Source: Selaginella moellendorffii
Lineage: Eukaryota; Plantae; Lycopodiophyta
DNA: 64,000 nt
Direction: 5' to 3'
Assembly: GCF_000143415.4 (NCBI RefSeq)
Contig: NW_003314265.1
Location: 1 to 64,000 of the forward strand
Position 1 is the first letter of the stretch; the number at the start of each line of letters is the position of its first letter. Below are positions 1 through 12,600 of the stretch, piece by piece. Made by a program: the position numbers and the translations under genes. The notes beneath the pieces were generated by a model that was not told the DNA's origin, searched no databases, and saw nothing but the letters and a program-made list of their open reading frames with translations.

Positions 1-3000
1 TTATTATGACACTGACAATACTCAGATTCTTTAAATGTCAATCTTGGAAATGGGGCTTCATAATCATAGCTTGCTTGTAAACATAAGAGCTTCTAAAATT
101 TTAGATAATTGTGTATACATATGCTTTACATTATAATGAAATCCTACTTTGCTACACATATATTCTTTTCTACATATGCCAAATATCTAGGGAAATAGAC
201 TGCAAGGAAATATAAATTACATTATACTGGTAGAGCACATTAGCACACTACCATTCTCTCGTGTGAGATTGCCTTTTAGTTTTGGAAATGTAGATAAAGT
301 TGATTCTTTAATGTGATATTACTTTTGAGTCTTTCAAAAGATTTTGATTTCTTTTATTATTATTCACAACAACTCCCGAAAACTTTTAATGAGGATTCAC
401 TGCAAAAATATACCCTGGTCTTATCATATGAGGGGATTGCGATATAGGTAGGCAATAGAGTTTTTAATATGAATTAATATGTAAATTACAAATGTCATGG
501 AAAGTTTTATGAAATAGATTTCTTGGTGTTTTCCGCTATGCTATTCATTTCTTCATTTCTTTTGCTTTGAATTGTTGTTTCAGAAGTAACATGAGCATTT
601 TTATCAATCGTGATAGTGGTCTTCATATTCTCAGATGGGTAATAAGGACCAAGAGTGTAATATAGAGATTATGGTAGTGAAACAAAACTAGCATTTTCAC
701 ATTCTTTTGCACTATAACTTTTACTCACAGATCTTGTATTTTCCTTGCTTCCCATCTTCCCAAGAACCCTAAAAATCTTTTGAATCTATAGCTGTAAAAG
801 TATTCAAAATATTAAGTAGTCAAATCAAAATATGACAATTGTAACAGTAGTCATAATAAAATAATATAGCTTTATAACAGATAGGTTCTCATGAACTTTG
901 TATTTTTTAAACAATTCAATCTTATAAAAAATTTTAACTCAAATATTTACATATTTAAATATTTTACATTTTGCTAGAACCTTTATTTGTTCAATTTAGA
1001 TTTCCTTTTTAAGACTTCTAGTTGATTATGTTGACTTGAGTTGACTTGTGTTAAATTGAGCTCAACTCAACTTTGGACCATCCCCCTTTGCTCCAGTTTT
1101 CTTTCCAATATACTGCTAAGTTCCAGCTTTCTGATGAAGACAAGCTTTAGGCTCGAGCTTGGGAAATCCTAGCTTTGGACAAACAGTGATAACATATAGT
1201 TGAACACCTTTATGCTGCCAAGTGTCAACTCAAGGCCAGGCAAGATCAACACAGGGTCAGGAGCAAATACCAACCCAAACAGTTGGTTCTTCTCAAGGAT
1301 CACACTCCTACCACTAAGTTCTTGCCATGGTGGCTTGGTCCTTTCTTCATCAAGTCTGCCACCCCTGGAGGAACATACACACTCACAAATAAGACTGAAT
1401 AGAAGCTCCCTCACTCTACCATCTCAAGTTGTTTCAATAGTGAGATCTTTCCATTTTCTCTTTTCTTTTCTATTTCTTTTCTCTCTTGCTTTTCTTTATA
1501 CTCTCACTCTTCTTTTATCTTTCATTAGGCTAGGGAACCATATTGAGCAAGTTTCTTTCCATGGTGAATATGCTTTGGCTGTATTACTGATTGTATGAAA
1601 ACTCCTTGACTCTTATTGATTTGTGCTCCAATTCTTTGGTTTCTTTCCCTACATCAATTCCATCTTCATATTCTCATCACCACTTTACATCAGTCTAAAT
1701 TTTTCTTCCACATATTCACACCATTGTTGCCCAGCTCTCAATACACATACCTAATTCTCATTTCACCGCAGAGGTTTTTCCAAACATGTAGCAAAAGAAA
1801 ACAAGGTATTCCCACACATAACATATGAAAGATTTGATGGACTAGTCATATATTACAGCTTTCTTATCTTTGGAGCTGATTTCTTCTTCCACTAGGAGAT
1901 CCTGATTATAGCAAGCATCCAAGTGTTTTTAGAGTTGTGGACAACAAAAATGACACCCTTTTCTTCCAGCTCAAATCTCAAGTGAAGCAATTTGCCACCT
2001 TTCAAGTGATGGTTTAGTAGTTTTTGTATGAGTAGTAGCTATCACTTCACATTTCACTACATTAGATGAAAACCCATTCTTGGACACACTCACTCATATC
2101 CTCATCTCTTCCATTACACTTCCATTACACTTCATCTCACACCTCAAAATTACCACTACTGGGAGATATATTTCCTATGTTTTCTTCTCCACTTTTGGCC
2201 AAAATTTTGAGCACATATTACATGAGCTTGAGGGTATATTAGCATATTCACTTTCCAAAGTATGGGAACTAGATTTAAATTTATTTCCATTTGGTTTTCT
2301 TGCATTATTCTCCTCATTTTTCCTCTTTAAGTCTTTAGTTCATTTATACAATTTCCTACTATGTTTTCCCTATGTCTTTGAACTTTAAACTCCTCTTCTA
2401 TCTTTTGCTTTCACTTCCATTCTTTTTTTACTTTCACTTTCAGCTTTCCTTCTCTTGTTTTCTTTGCTATCTCTCTTCATTTCAGCAATTACCCTCTTTA
2501 GACACTACATTCTAGCACATAAGAGCATCTTAGCTGTGGGTTCTTATGCATTGGAGTTTTGTGTATCCCACCAGTGGTCACCTATTGTGGCACTAGCTCA
2601 TTGTTGCCTTCTTCTTGTGTTATAACTTAGACTTTGGCTTAAGAGAGCATAAGGAATATTTCATATCCTTAGAATATTCCCTCATCCTTGTATATAAGTC
2701 CTTAAGAGGCTTAAATATAAGGTTCCAAAAAATTTTCTTTTATGCTTTAGTTTGGAGCTATGAGTTTGTATATGAGGGTATGGAGCTGTGGTTAGGGTTG
2801 AGAGATGTCCTAACAAATAACCCTCTTATTTATTTAAAAGATTGTAATTCTGTTACTTTCAAGAAATGTATTATCTATTTTCTAGCTTCTAATGGAAACA
2901 ATAGCAATGATTAGTATTTTGCACCAAATTTATTGCACCCTTTGTCATTATATTTATCTCTAACTTGTGGTTATTAGTTTCACTATCTCTCGTTTTATTT

Positions 3001-5039
3001 TTTGGTGTGGTTTGGTTGTGTTGTGCAATGAAACAACTATTGCAACTCCTAGCCCTTAAATCACTACCATGAGAAGAAAGAGTGCAAAAGTAAAAATTAC
3101 CAACAGTAGAAAATATAATCATTTGTGTGTATTTACCTCTTTTAGAATAAGAGTGTGAGTGAAAATTCATAATTCTAGACATTATACTATGAAAAACCCC
3201 TTAAGAAGAATTAAGTTTCTCTTTTATATATAACAAACTTACATCAATAGCTATTTTTTAACCTTTAAAACGGTTATATGGCCTTGTAAAATAATCTTAT
3301 TCAAATATAATAATTTTTAAGTTCTAACAAACCTGATATTTAAAAGCTAGAAAATATATAGTATAGATTTAAGAATGTGACATGATTACCTTTTTGTAAA
3401 TAAATTTTATCTTATTTTATGTTCTAACCAACTTCTTTATTATGGCATATAGTAAATATTTAAATTCTTAGACTCCAGAACATGTTTATCTATATATAGT
3501 GCAGAGATTCCTAAAAATATTAGGTTCATTATAAATCTTTTTTTTTAAATTACAATATTTGTATGTATTATATTATAATGGAAAATAAATCTTTGTGAGC
3601 TAAAAAATGATCTATGCTCTCTATGAACCATTTGTACTTGGCTTCCTCTATATTAACTTAGTCAAAAGTGCCTTTGGAACATTGAAGGAACTTTGGTCTT
3701 TAGGTTGTTAAAGCTTCTCCTTTGATAAGCTTTTTATTTGCTATTTGGTTTAAAGTGAATACTTTCATATTTTAGGCTTTCCATTATACCATATTTGCAT
3801 CCTTGAACTCATGCTTAATTCCCTATGCCCAACTTACATAGAGAGAACTAATAATATACTAGAACAATCTTTAATGTAGTGGCATGCCTATTTGCTTAAT
3901 CCAAATAAGCAAATGGGGCCCACCCTAAATAAAGGGGTTGCTGAATTGTGCATTCTACCCTTGACAAGTGCCCTGGAAAGCAGCAGCAGCAGCAGCAAGC
4001 AAAGGGAGGATCAAGGATGAAGAGCAGGCCTCACTGGAGGAAAATGAGAGCGTGGAGGATCAAGCATCCAAGCGTAAAGATTGGATTTTTCTTGGCCTGG
4101 AAGAAGCAGAGGGACTTTTGTGCTGATCAAGGCACTGTTCTCGCTGTCTCTACGAAACCAGAAGGTGGTGATGATCCGAATGCACAACAAGGGCTCAAGA
4201 ACTCGAAGGGAACTTCTACTGCTCTTACTGTAAGAAAAACAAACTTGTGAGCTCTAAAGTTGGACTTCATCAACACTTCGCATTCCTTACGTATTAGGAT
4301 CTATCTTTGGCTTTTCTCACGGCTGCGAAGACATCGCTATCACTAGCATCATCATCCTCCGGATCTCCTGACTACCTGGCCTCACAAATGGATTAAACTT
4401 CTTTTCTTCTCCTACTGAGGACGGTATCTACACATACAAAGCAAGCAGTCAGTGCCAAGGCCACTGTCTTGGAGCTGCTTGACATTCTCAAATGTGAATT
4501 TATGCCGGGTTGAATAGTCATTGCAAACTTCACATTCAACTGTAAGAAGCATGAAATGAACAACCTTAATAGAGGAAAAACGATTTGTCCATATTACCAA
4601 GGTAAATTCATGACCACAATAGACCCAAGTCTCATCTGGTAAAGCAGAGAGCTTTGAAAGAGAGGACCACATCTATGAAGAAGAAGAAAAAATTGTAAGA
4701 AAATATGTGTCAATAAGCTAAATTCAAAGCTCCACCTGTTGAGCAGACAAATAGTTCACAGCCGATTGAAAAGAGCGTGTCACCAGGAAACACAGCTCTC
4801 GAATCTGCGAAATAGTAACTGACTTGACCTGAAACGCAATCTCCAGAATTAAGAAACATGAAACAAAACAGAAAGAGCTACTCCATGTGTGACCAGGAGT
4901 TCCAATAACTTTCATGGCATGCTCTCCAGACTGTTGGTCCCGACTGCGTTCGGCTGGGATCCCGACCGCCACTGAATGCAGTCAGACAGCTCCATTCAGT
5001 TTGGCAATTCCAATGGTGATCACGCTCACGTTCCGATGC

Positions 5040-5330
5040 TGCTGCAGCTATCGCCATCACCACTGCATCTCCACTGCTTTGCTGGTTCTCCTGCTGCTAT
5101 GGAGCAATCCATCCATGAATGCCCAGCCCAGCAAGCCTACATCGAATCCGACCAGCTATAGGAGCTCCATCACTTCCTGCCAGGCCTATGCAGCGTACTG
5201 AGGTGACACTCTCGCCATGCTATGCACAAGGTGCCTGGCCATGGTTCTGGATCTGGACGAGACACTCATACTGGCCAACACGATGCGCTCCTTCGAGAAC
5301 TGGATGGACACACTCAAGGCCCAGATCGAC
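5040..5330 (+). pseudogene. Fragment of an RNA Pol II CTD phosphatase-like 1/2 (CPL1-type, FCP1/SCP HAD family) gene
   Basis: MLCTRCLAMVLDLDETLILANTMRSFEN resembles the plant CPL1 DLDETL..ANTMRSFE motif. Only a fragment is present. Confidence 0.75.
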
Positions 5331-5499
5331 AAGCAGCACATCCCGCTGCCCAACAAAAACAAAGACGTGCAGAAGCTCGGCCTTCGCTTTCGATTGAGCA
5401 TGGAGCAGCTCGCTGAGGCCTTGCAAATCGCCCAGTCCACGATGCTTGAACTGTAATTTTCGCCCTAAAATGGAAATTACGGTTTGAGTGATTTTAGGA

Positions 5500-5830
5500 A
5501 TTTGATTCTAGTGATTCTGGCACAATTAAGGAATGGTGCCTGATTGGGCATGGTCCCATGTTGCTAAATTCATTGCTTCTGGCAAAGGAGTTGGGTGTTG
5601 AAAATGTAATTATTGTGGAAAAATGTATGGTGATTTGCCAAAATGAATCAAGGTGCATCTTGTTAAAATTTCTAAGCATTATATTGAAGTATGTAATGCT
5701 TAAAATATTCCTCTTCATATTTATTAAAGTTGGTTTATGTGCATAATAACATTAGAGTGGTGGATCTTGTTGAAAGTGAAAAAAGAGATCAATCTCGACA
5801 CAATTGCACAATGGATAAAAATTTTAGAGA
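5500..5830 (+). pseudogene. Degenerate RNase H-like domain remnant (retroelement type)
   Basis: LLLAKELGVENVIIVE..MVI and a downstream VKKEIN..IAQW resemble plant retroelement RNase H motifs. Heavily decayed. Confidence 0.4.
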
Positions 5831-6671
5831 TGCAAACTAGATGAGAATCTCTTGGTATAGAGGATTTAGCTAAAGAAGATCTTTCAAATGAGGATGTGAT
5901 TGTTAAAGAAAATACCAGAAATGTCAAAGAAATTACTGAAGATGTCTATTAGTTAGTTTAGTTTGGTTTAATGCTTTGGTTTTACTACTTTTATTAGTTT
6001 GGCTTTACTAAAAATGTTTTTTTTTTTAATCAAAAAAGTTTGTGAACAATTCAACCATTTAGCACTTTCATGGTCAGGCGATAACCATGGTCGGCTAGTT
6101 GGCCAATCACCATTCGGAATGGTTGGGACCAACCTTGCTCCAAACATCCATGTATCTCCATCTTTTAACGGAACATCAATACCAAGGATTCCATCACCAC
6201 TCGAGAGCTTCAATCACAGGCTGGGCAGTGGATGGATCCACCACTTCAATCCGGAGCTTGCATCGCACAACAAATATGCATAATAGTCCTTCAAGAAAGG
6301 AATCTGGAAAAAAACTTCTATAGCTCTTCTACAATTTTTGTTTTGCTTACCAGCTCAATCTCCAGTGCGGCGCTAACCATGATGGCCCCAGAAATCCTTG
6401 TGCCATGGCTTGATGATTGACCGACGAAAGGCGGATGTGAAGCCAAATCTCATTTGAATCAGAATCGAATATACCAATCTTCATTCCTATCTCAAGCTAC
6501 TTGTCTCTTCAGCATCCATTCCGATGATCAAAGGATAAAGTTCAGTTCAAGGAGAATGGTTTTTTGTTTTGCAGGAGGTCTGGATTGTGTTTGTTTGTGC
6601 TGCCACTTTTTTACAAAAATCAGTCCAAGCAAACCGTGACTCCTGCCATGCCACGCTACTGGAAGTTCCAC

Positions 6672-6743
6672 AGGTCCTGCCAAGATTTGAACTCGGGCTA
6701 CTGGATTCAGAGTCCAGTGTCCTTACCACTAGACCACAGGACC
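6672..6743 (-). tRNA. tRNA-Gln (anticodon CTG)
   Basis: Reverse complement GGTCCTGTGGTCTAGTGGTAAGGACACTGGACTCTGAATCCAGTAGCCCGAGTTCAAATCTTGGCAGGACCT: 72 nt, perfect acceptor stem, A and B boxes. Confidence 0.93.
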
Positions 6744-6941
6744 ATGGGTTAGTCTAATCATGATTAGATTAGTTTAATTAGAAGAATATGCTCCAACCGT
6801 TAAGTTGATCACAGCCGTTGGCTAAAACCTCTTCCGAGGGTTAGGGCTTGTGGTCGCGAGTACAGAAACCCTATAAAGCTATCCACGGCGGCAGATTCGA
6901 ATGACAGTAAGCGCTTAACAGTTTTCGGTCCTGATTGCTGT

Positions 6942-8573
6942 GTGTTCCAGCTCTGGTTGGGCTGTTTGCGAACTTTCCAACTCGGAGTTTGTGGAGTACA
7001 CCCCAGGCGGGATGAAATGTATTGGAGACGAGCCTGTAGCAGGCTGTTTTTTCATACTGACCTTCGGGGGCACGCACTCGGATATCGGCAGGACTGCGTG
7101 GAGCTTTTTCACCAATTGAAGGACGAGCTTCATGAGCTTCGTGAGCAAGAGGAAGGCCGTGAGCAGATGGTGCTCCACACAGTCAAGGGTCATGAGGAAT
7201 GGGAGGAGGAAGATCTTGAGGCAGAGGAGGTATGTGAACCTGGGGCACCTGTCCTGTTTTGGACGCTCTTCCTAGGACAGCCAGGAACTGGAAAGACGGT
7301 TATCAACTTGCAGCTGCTGTTCACATTCATGAAGAAAGGATACATTGTTGTGTACCACGAAAGGAAAATGGGGACCGGCTACGCAGTCTTTAAAAAGAAG
7401 AAGTTTGATTCTATGGGGGATAGAGCGGAGGTTGAAGGGTACTTGAGGGACCAGTGGATGATCTTCATAAATGACAGCGAGCCTATCAGAATGCTAGGTC
7501 TCATGGATGTCAATATGCTGATAGAACCCGGATATGACTGTTTTTAAAGAGTTTACCAAGATTACGAGCAACTACAATGTTTTTTACGGACGCTTGTGGA
7601 GCGAAGAAGAACTCAAGCAATGCCACGCACACGTGTTTCCGAACGAACTTACTTGGTTTGATGTCCGGCACCACATTTACTACGCTGGCTATGTTCCGAG
7701 TTTCCTTCTATTTTGAACAGCCTAAGGGCTGAGATCACTTGAAAAAGATCTATTTAATGTGTTGACCCTAGTGGGATGGTACTCTATCAATGGCAACTTT
7801 TCCCACAAGATCATCCACTTGGATAGAGGTGCATAATTGACTGAAGGCTACATGGTGATTGGTTTGACCTTTATAAAGGAATAGAGTCTATAAAGTCTAT
7901 AGAGTCCATAAAGGAATAGAAGCTTCTGAGACTTGATGTCCAGCACTGGCGTGACGTGGTTATCTCTTATAGAATGGTGGGAGGAGTCAGTGCCTTGGTG
8001 GGCTTTTGAGGAGGAATCATGGAACTGTGGATGCATCTCACATTTGCCAAGTTCCTCATGGACTGTGAGCAAATTGTGCCTCAGACCCAGTGTGCTCAAG
8101 CTTCAAACACCGTCCAAAAGCTGGTGGTCGATGAGGAGGAGGATCTTCATGTCTATTTTTACTCGGATTTTATGGACCTGACAGCCAAGGTGGAGGAGTA
8201 CACCAGGGAACGAGTCAAGTGAGCTTATTTCTGGCCGAGGTTGCAAATGGAGGCAGCCATTGACAGTTTGTATATTGACTTCAAGTGGAAAGCTGCATAC
8301 CTCCTCCAGTCAACTCTTGGAAAGAAGCACCTGGTAGTGTGGCACCCAGTTTATATATTGGTAAGCTTCCTTTGCCGAAACCAGATACAGGTTGCGGGGT
8401 TGTATTTTGTCACATCGGAGACCAACTATACTGGCTTCAGCTACCACATATGGAAGAAAGTGAAGAAGACCACAGGGGAGCATGAAGATCTGTTGACGCT
8501 GCCAGATCTTCCTCAGTACAAGGTGACGTTCCAAATGCTTGAGAGTGACATGGAGGACCTGGAAAAGCTGTGA
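6942..8573 (+). pseudogene. Crinkler/RHS-like P-loop NTPase + restriction-endonuclease-fold protein, frameshifted
   Basis: Consecutive broken ORFs give Walker A GQPGTGKT (7275-7298), then LWSEEEL..C...YYAGYVPSFLL, FSHKIIHL, and a C-terminal AAIDSL...YLLQSTLGKKH (PD-(D/E)xK-like). This is the motif order of CRN/RHS NTPase-REase proteins. Confidence 0.65.
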
Positions 8574-9457
8574 GCATATGCAGCCAGCATAGATGAGAAT
8601 GTGAAACTGAAGGCGGTAAAGACTCCTGCACATCTTGTGCACATCAACATCTCGACGTTTTGATTTTTGCAGAGGGAAGGCATAGATCTACCCGAGAGCT
8701 GTGTCCACAAGCGAAAGTGGACGGCACAAGCGGACAAGGAAACTCCTTCACCTGTGTGTGTGTGAGTTTTTGGTAATTGCCTGTGAATGTTAGTTGGCTG
8801 ACCCGCCAGGACGTGGTATGTGTGGTATGATCAGCTGGAAGGGCTTGGAGGCAATGGCAGTTTTGAGCCAGGTTCAGTCTTCTGTGAAGTTCATTGAGTT
8901 TTAATGTACTTTCTCCTACAGAGATGGAAGCTGTGGAGTTAGAGGGTGTTGCCATGGGAACACAAGAACTGGAGGAATCCGTCTAATGAAGGACTGACAT
9001 CTACAAGTAAACCAGATTTCATTAAATGTATGGTATAATGGAAAGATAAGGAAAAATAGAATTAAAAAACCATTTTATAGCATATACCTTTATGTTTTAG
9101 AGGTCTTTGTCCCTGCATTAATTTCTTCTGTTTTTTTTAAGAAACTTGATAGAAAGGTGAAACCATTTGTTTGAATAGCACAAAATTATTATGTTTGTCA
9201 AAAAGTTGTTGCCTTGCCAACAATTGATCAACAATGGACCTTAGGTCTTGTAAAGAGGTTATAGATATTAGAGTTAGTTGCTTGTGCCTGAAAAATGGAT
9301 AAAGAAGTCAGTAAACATTTCAAGTGTCTTAAGAACCTTCTCCTATTGGGACTTCCTGATAGGAGATCCCAATTGGAGATTTCCTAATGGATTCTTTTTA
9401 ACCAGAAATGAGGGTTATTTAAGAGAATATTAAATGTTTTATATACTAAACTAACAA

Positions 9458-9621
9458 TGTGAGGTTCATGATGCCATATACTAATATTAGTATAATGGGA
9501 TTTTGATAGTCATCGAATTAGTTTCAATCCAGACCACTCGCTCCTGTATATAAGTTAGGGTTTTTGGGCTAATTGATATGCATATTTTCTATATTCTTTT
9601 TTCATATTCCAAGCACTCACA
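9458..9621 (+). repeat. 5' LTR (164 bp)
   Basis: Starts TGTGAG, ends CTCACA, and is colinear with 14171-14637 once the MITE is removed. Confidence 0.9.
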
Positions 9622-9622
9622 T

Positions 9623-9638
9623 TGGTGGAGATGAGGGG
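9623..9638 (+). promoter_or_regulatory. Primer-binding site complementary to the tRNA-Ala 3' end
   Basis: TGGTGGAGATGAGGGG lies 1 nt after the LTR. Its first 11 nt are complementary to CATCTCCA+CCA of the tRNA-Ala at 27500-27572. Confidence 0.85.
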
Positions 9639-12600
9639 CATTTTTCATTGTCTCTGAGAAGTGTTTGGATTTAGGATTTTAGTTTAGATCTAACTTTTGC
9701 ATTGTTTAGATTTAGCTTTTTTCCATTTCTTTTCTTTTGTTCTTTCCTTTCAAGATTTTGGTTTAGATCTAGCTTTTCCATTGCCTAGATTTCCTTTTTC
9801 TTCTAGTTTTTTTTCTCATTTATCTTCTTTTGCTATTTCCTTTTCATTCATCTTCATGGCAGAGCAATAGTCTCCTCCTTTGATTCTAGAGTAGTAGTTG
9901 GTGCAATTTCTTGATGCCATGTGATTGCAATTGAGCAATCAAACTCAATTGATGGTGGCATTCACAGCACATGGTATAGCTCTTTTTGCTCTTAGTGCCA
10001 ATCCTTGTGTTCGGCCAGAGTTCTTTCATAGGAATTCTAGAGATGATGTGTACAATTGGTTCGATCACTTCATGATGATTGCCACATGTTATTCTTGGGA
10101 TGATGCTTGACGTTTGCATGAGTTTCCCACATGTCTCCAAGGGACAACTGCAATGGTACAATGGTTTGAGTGCAGCCACTCATCGGAATTGGAGTGTTCT
10201 TTCGAACATCTTCAAACGTGCATTCAGACATGTCGACAATTGTGATAATGCCTTCCAGCAATTGCATCATTTTCATCAAGGGCCATCTGAGTCAAAGATG
10301 CAATTTGGCATTCATTTCCGAAGCCTCTTGGTTCGTGCGGAGCCAAATATGTTGGAGTGGATCAAATTAAGAATATTGTGGCTAGCATTCGTTAAGATTT
10401 TGTCGGACTTGTGCATGCACTTGCTCTAGCCACCCTTAACAATGTTTTTCACTTGACACAACATTATGAGACATTGCCTCTTCCACTTCTCACTGCATGT
10501 CCTTCCGCTCCACTTCATGTGGGCAATGGTCCTGTTCCAATGGAGGTTGATACTGCTACTGCTTGAGTCCAAGGATAAAGGTGAGAACGTGGTTATGGCT
10601 GTGATGTTCTCTATTAAGCATGTGATGAAGTTGGTCACACTTATTGGCGTTGTCAGTATTTTTTGGATTGGTGACCTCCATTTCCTAGGTGGAGACCTTG
10701 GCATCAACAACGTCTTATTGGTGCTACTGCAGTGGAAGGTCTAGACATCGAGATGCATCAAGGAAATGAGGAGTCGCACAAGTAACGGAGGGACTTTGCG
10801 CGAATAAGTCAGTGACCCTTCCATCTTTTTTTTGGGAGTATTATCAAGGTCATTTAGCACCAATTCATCTAATGTCAACTTTCCAACGTTTACACTTGTG
10901 TCATGTGGCGGAATCAGTTTTCATTCTTTATAGCAATGGCCATACACATGTACGTGCATGGGATGAGGTAAACCTAGTTGTGCATATGAACAATCTCAAA
11001 CTTCGGTTGTAGTCATTGCGGGTGGTGCCAAGTCAAGCTTTTGACCTCATCCTTGGTATGGATTGATTGCAGCGCAATCATGCCAAGTGTGACTTTGAGG
11101 CTTCTCCCTCTTGTCTCATACTTTCTTATATTTCATCCATTCCTCTCACTTTCGTACTTTTTCGTCTTTCTACTTCTACCTCTACTTCCATTACTTTTGT
11201 CCCCTCACTATTTCCTCCTATGTTTCTATTTTATTCTGCTCTTCCCTTTTCTGATCCTTCTGACAATCTTTGTGTTGCAATGGTTGACTAACTTATGAAA
11301 GAGTATTCTGATTTCTTTGAATTTGACCTATCATCTGGGGCCAAGATTGCCACACGTCATCCGATTCCAACTGGGGATGCTTGTCTGATCAAGGTTCCTA
11401 TTTGTCATTGATCACCCAAAGAGATCAAGATTTTACATATAAACGTCAAGGAGATATTGGAGAAGGGTGTTATCTGGAAGTTGTAGAGTCTTTGGGCATG
11501 TGAAATTTCTCTTGTGATGAAGCCTAATGGGAATATTTATTTCTACATCAACTATCGTCCGTTAAACGAAGTAACAATCCTAGATATGTACCCTCTTCCT
11601 CACATTACTGATATCTTGGATCGCCTGGAGCAAAATTGTTGGTTCACCAAGCTAAATCTTGTTTCCAAGTACTAGCAAGTACTGATGGCCAAAAAAAATA
11701 TTCCTAAAACTGTTTTTCATACATTGTTTAGTTTGTACGAGTTCTTGGTGATGCCGTTTGGTTTGAACAATGTTCCAATAATTTTCCAGCAAATAATGGA
11801 TGAGGTTCTTTACGATATGCCAAAGGTGACTATTGACTTCATTGATGATGTCTTGATCCACTCGAAAGGGACGTGGGAGGAGCACGTTTGTGATATTTGA
11901 AAGTGTTGGATCGGCTATGGGACGTTGGTTTAAAGCTAAAGTAGTCGAAATGCGTGTTTGGGTCGAAGGATACAACTTATCTTGGGTACCATATTTCTCA
12001 TGAGGGTTTGCAAATTACTCTTGACAAACTTGTGGCTATTCTAAAGTTCCTTACTCTAAAGTGTGTGAATGATATGCAGCACTTCCTAGGCAAAGTGCAG
12101 TATCTCAATCGTTTTAGGATCATCTTTTTGATCGCACTGCACTGTTGCGAGCATTATTGAAGTTATCAACATCTGTTTCATTTAGTTTCTGGATTATGAG
12201 CATGCATTTATGGATCTTAAAGAGCTATTGACGACTCCTTTGGTTTTGGCATATCTTGACTACACTCGACTTTTTATTTTGCATGTGGATGCTTTTAATA
12301 TTGGTCTTGGAGTTGTATTAATGCAAGAGAGCTTGAGTGTATTTGGTTAGCACCATCCCATTGCATATATAAGTTGTACATTACAACCAGTAGAGGTGAA
12401 CTACTCTACAATAGAGAAGGAGTGTTTAGCAGCAGTCTAGGGTTTCAAGAAATTTCATGCATATCTACATGGTTCTCGAATGTTACTTGAAGGTGATCAT
12501 GTTGCTATTACTTTATTATTGAAGCGAAAGAACTTAGTTGATTGTATTGCTCAATGAGCTTTAAAGCTTCAGATATATGATTTTGATATTGTTCATCGCC

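Larger units (their letters stand above)
4927..6137. mobile_element. Non-autonomous TIR element (Pack-type) carrying captured gene fragments
   Basis: Inverted repeat GTTGGTCCCGAC (4933-4944) / GTTGGGACCAAC (6122-6133). Flanking direct repeat CTCCAGAC (4924-4931) / CTCCAAAC (6138-6145). Removing the insert restores the GLX2 frame W-M-F-G-E-H. Confidence 0.75.
4290..6450 (-). pseudogene. GLX2: Glyoxalase II (hydroxyacylglutathione hydrolase) pseudogene, split by an insertion at ~4927-6137
   Basis: Minus-strand exon remnants in GLX2 order: MVSAALEIEL|IPFLKDYYAYLLCD..VVDPSTAQPVIEALE, GIDVPLKDGDTWMFG (~6140-6400), then EHAMKVIGTPGHT, YFADSRAVFPGDTLFSIGC, MWSSLSKLSALPDETWVYCGHEFTL, EEKKFNPFVRP (~4290-4925). 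It has frameshifts and lacks the THxHxDH metal-binding segment. Outer ends approximate. Confidence 0.85.

Noticed and set aside
3948-4250. 100-aa ORF with a poly-Q (CAG) run
   Set aside because: No recognisable domain and a non-ATG start. Possibly a gene 3' fragment, but not supportable.
9886-10710. Short ORFs on both strands in the gag region (also 15043-15432)
   Set aside because: These are fragments or antisense shadows of the decayed Gypsy gag, not independent genes.
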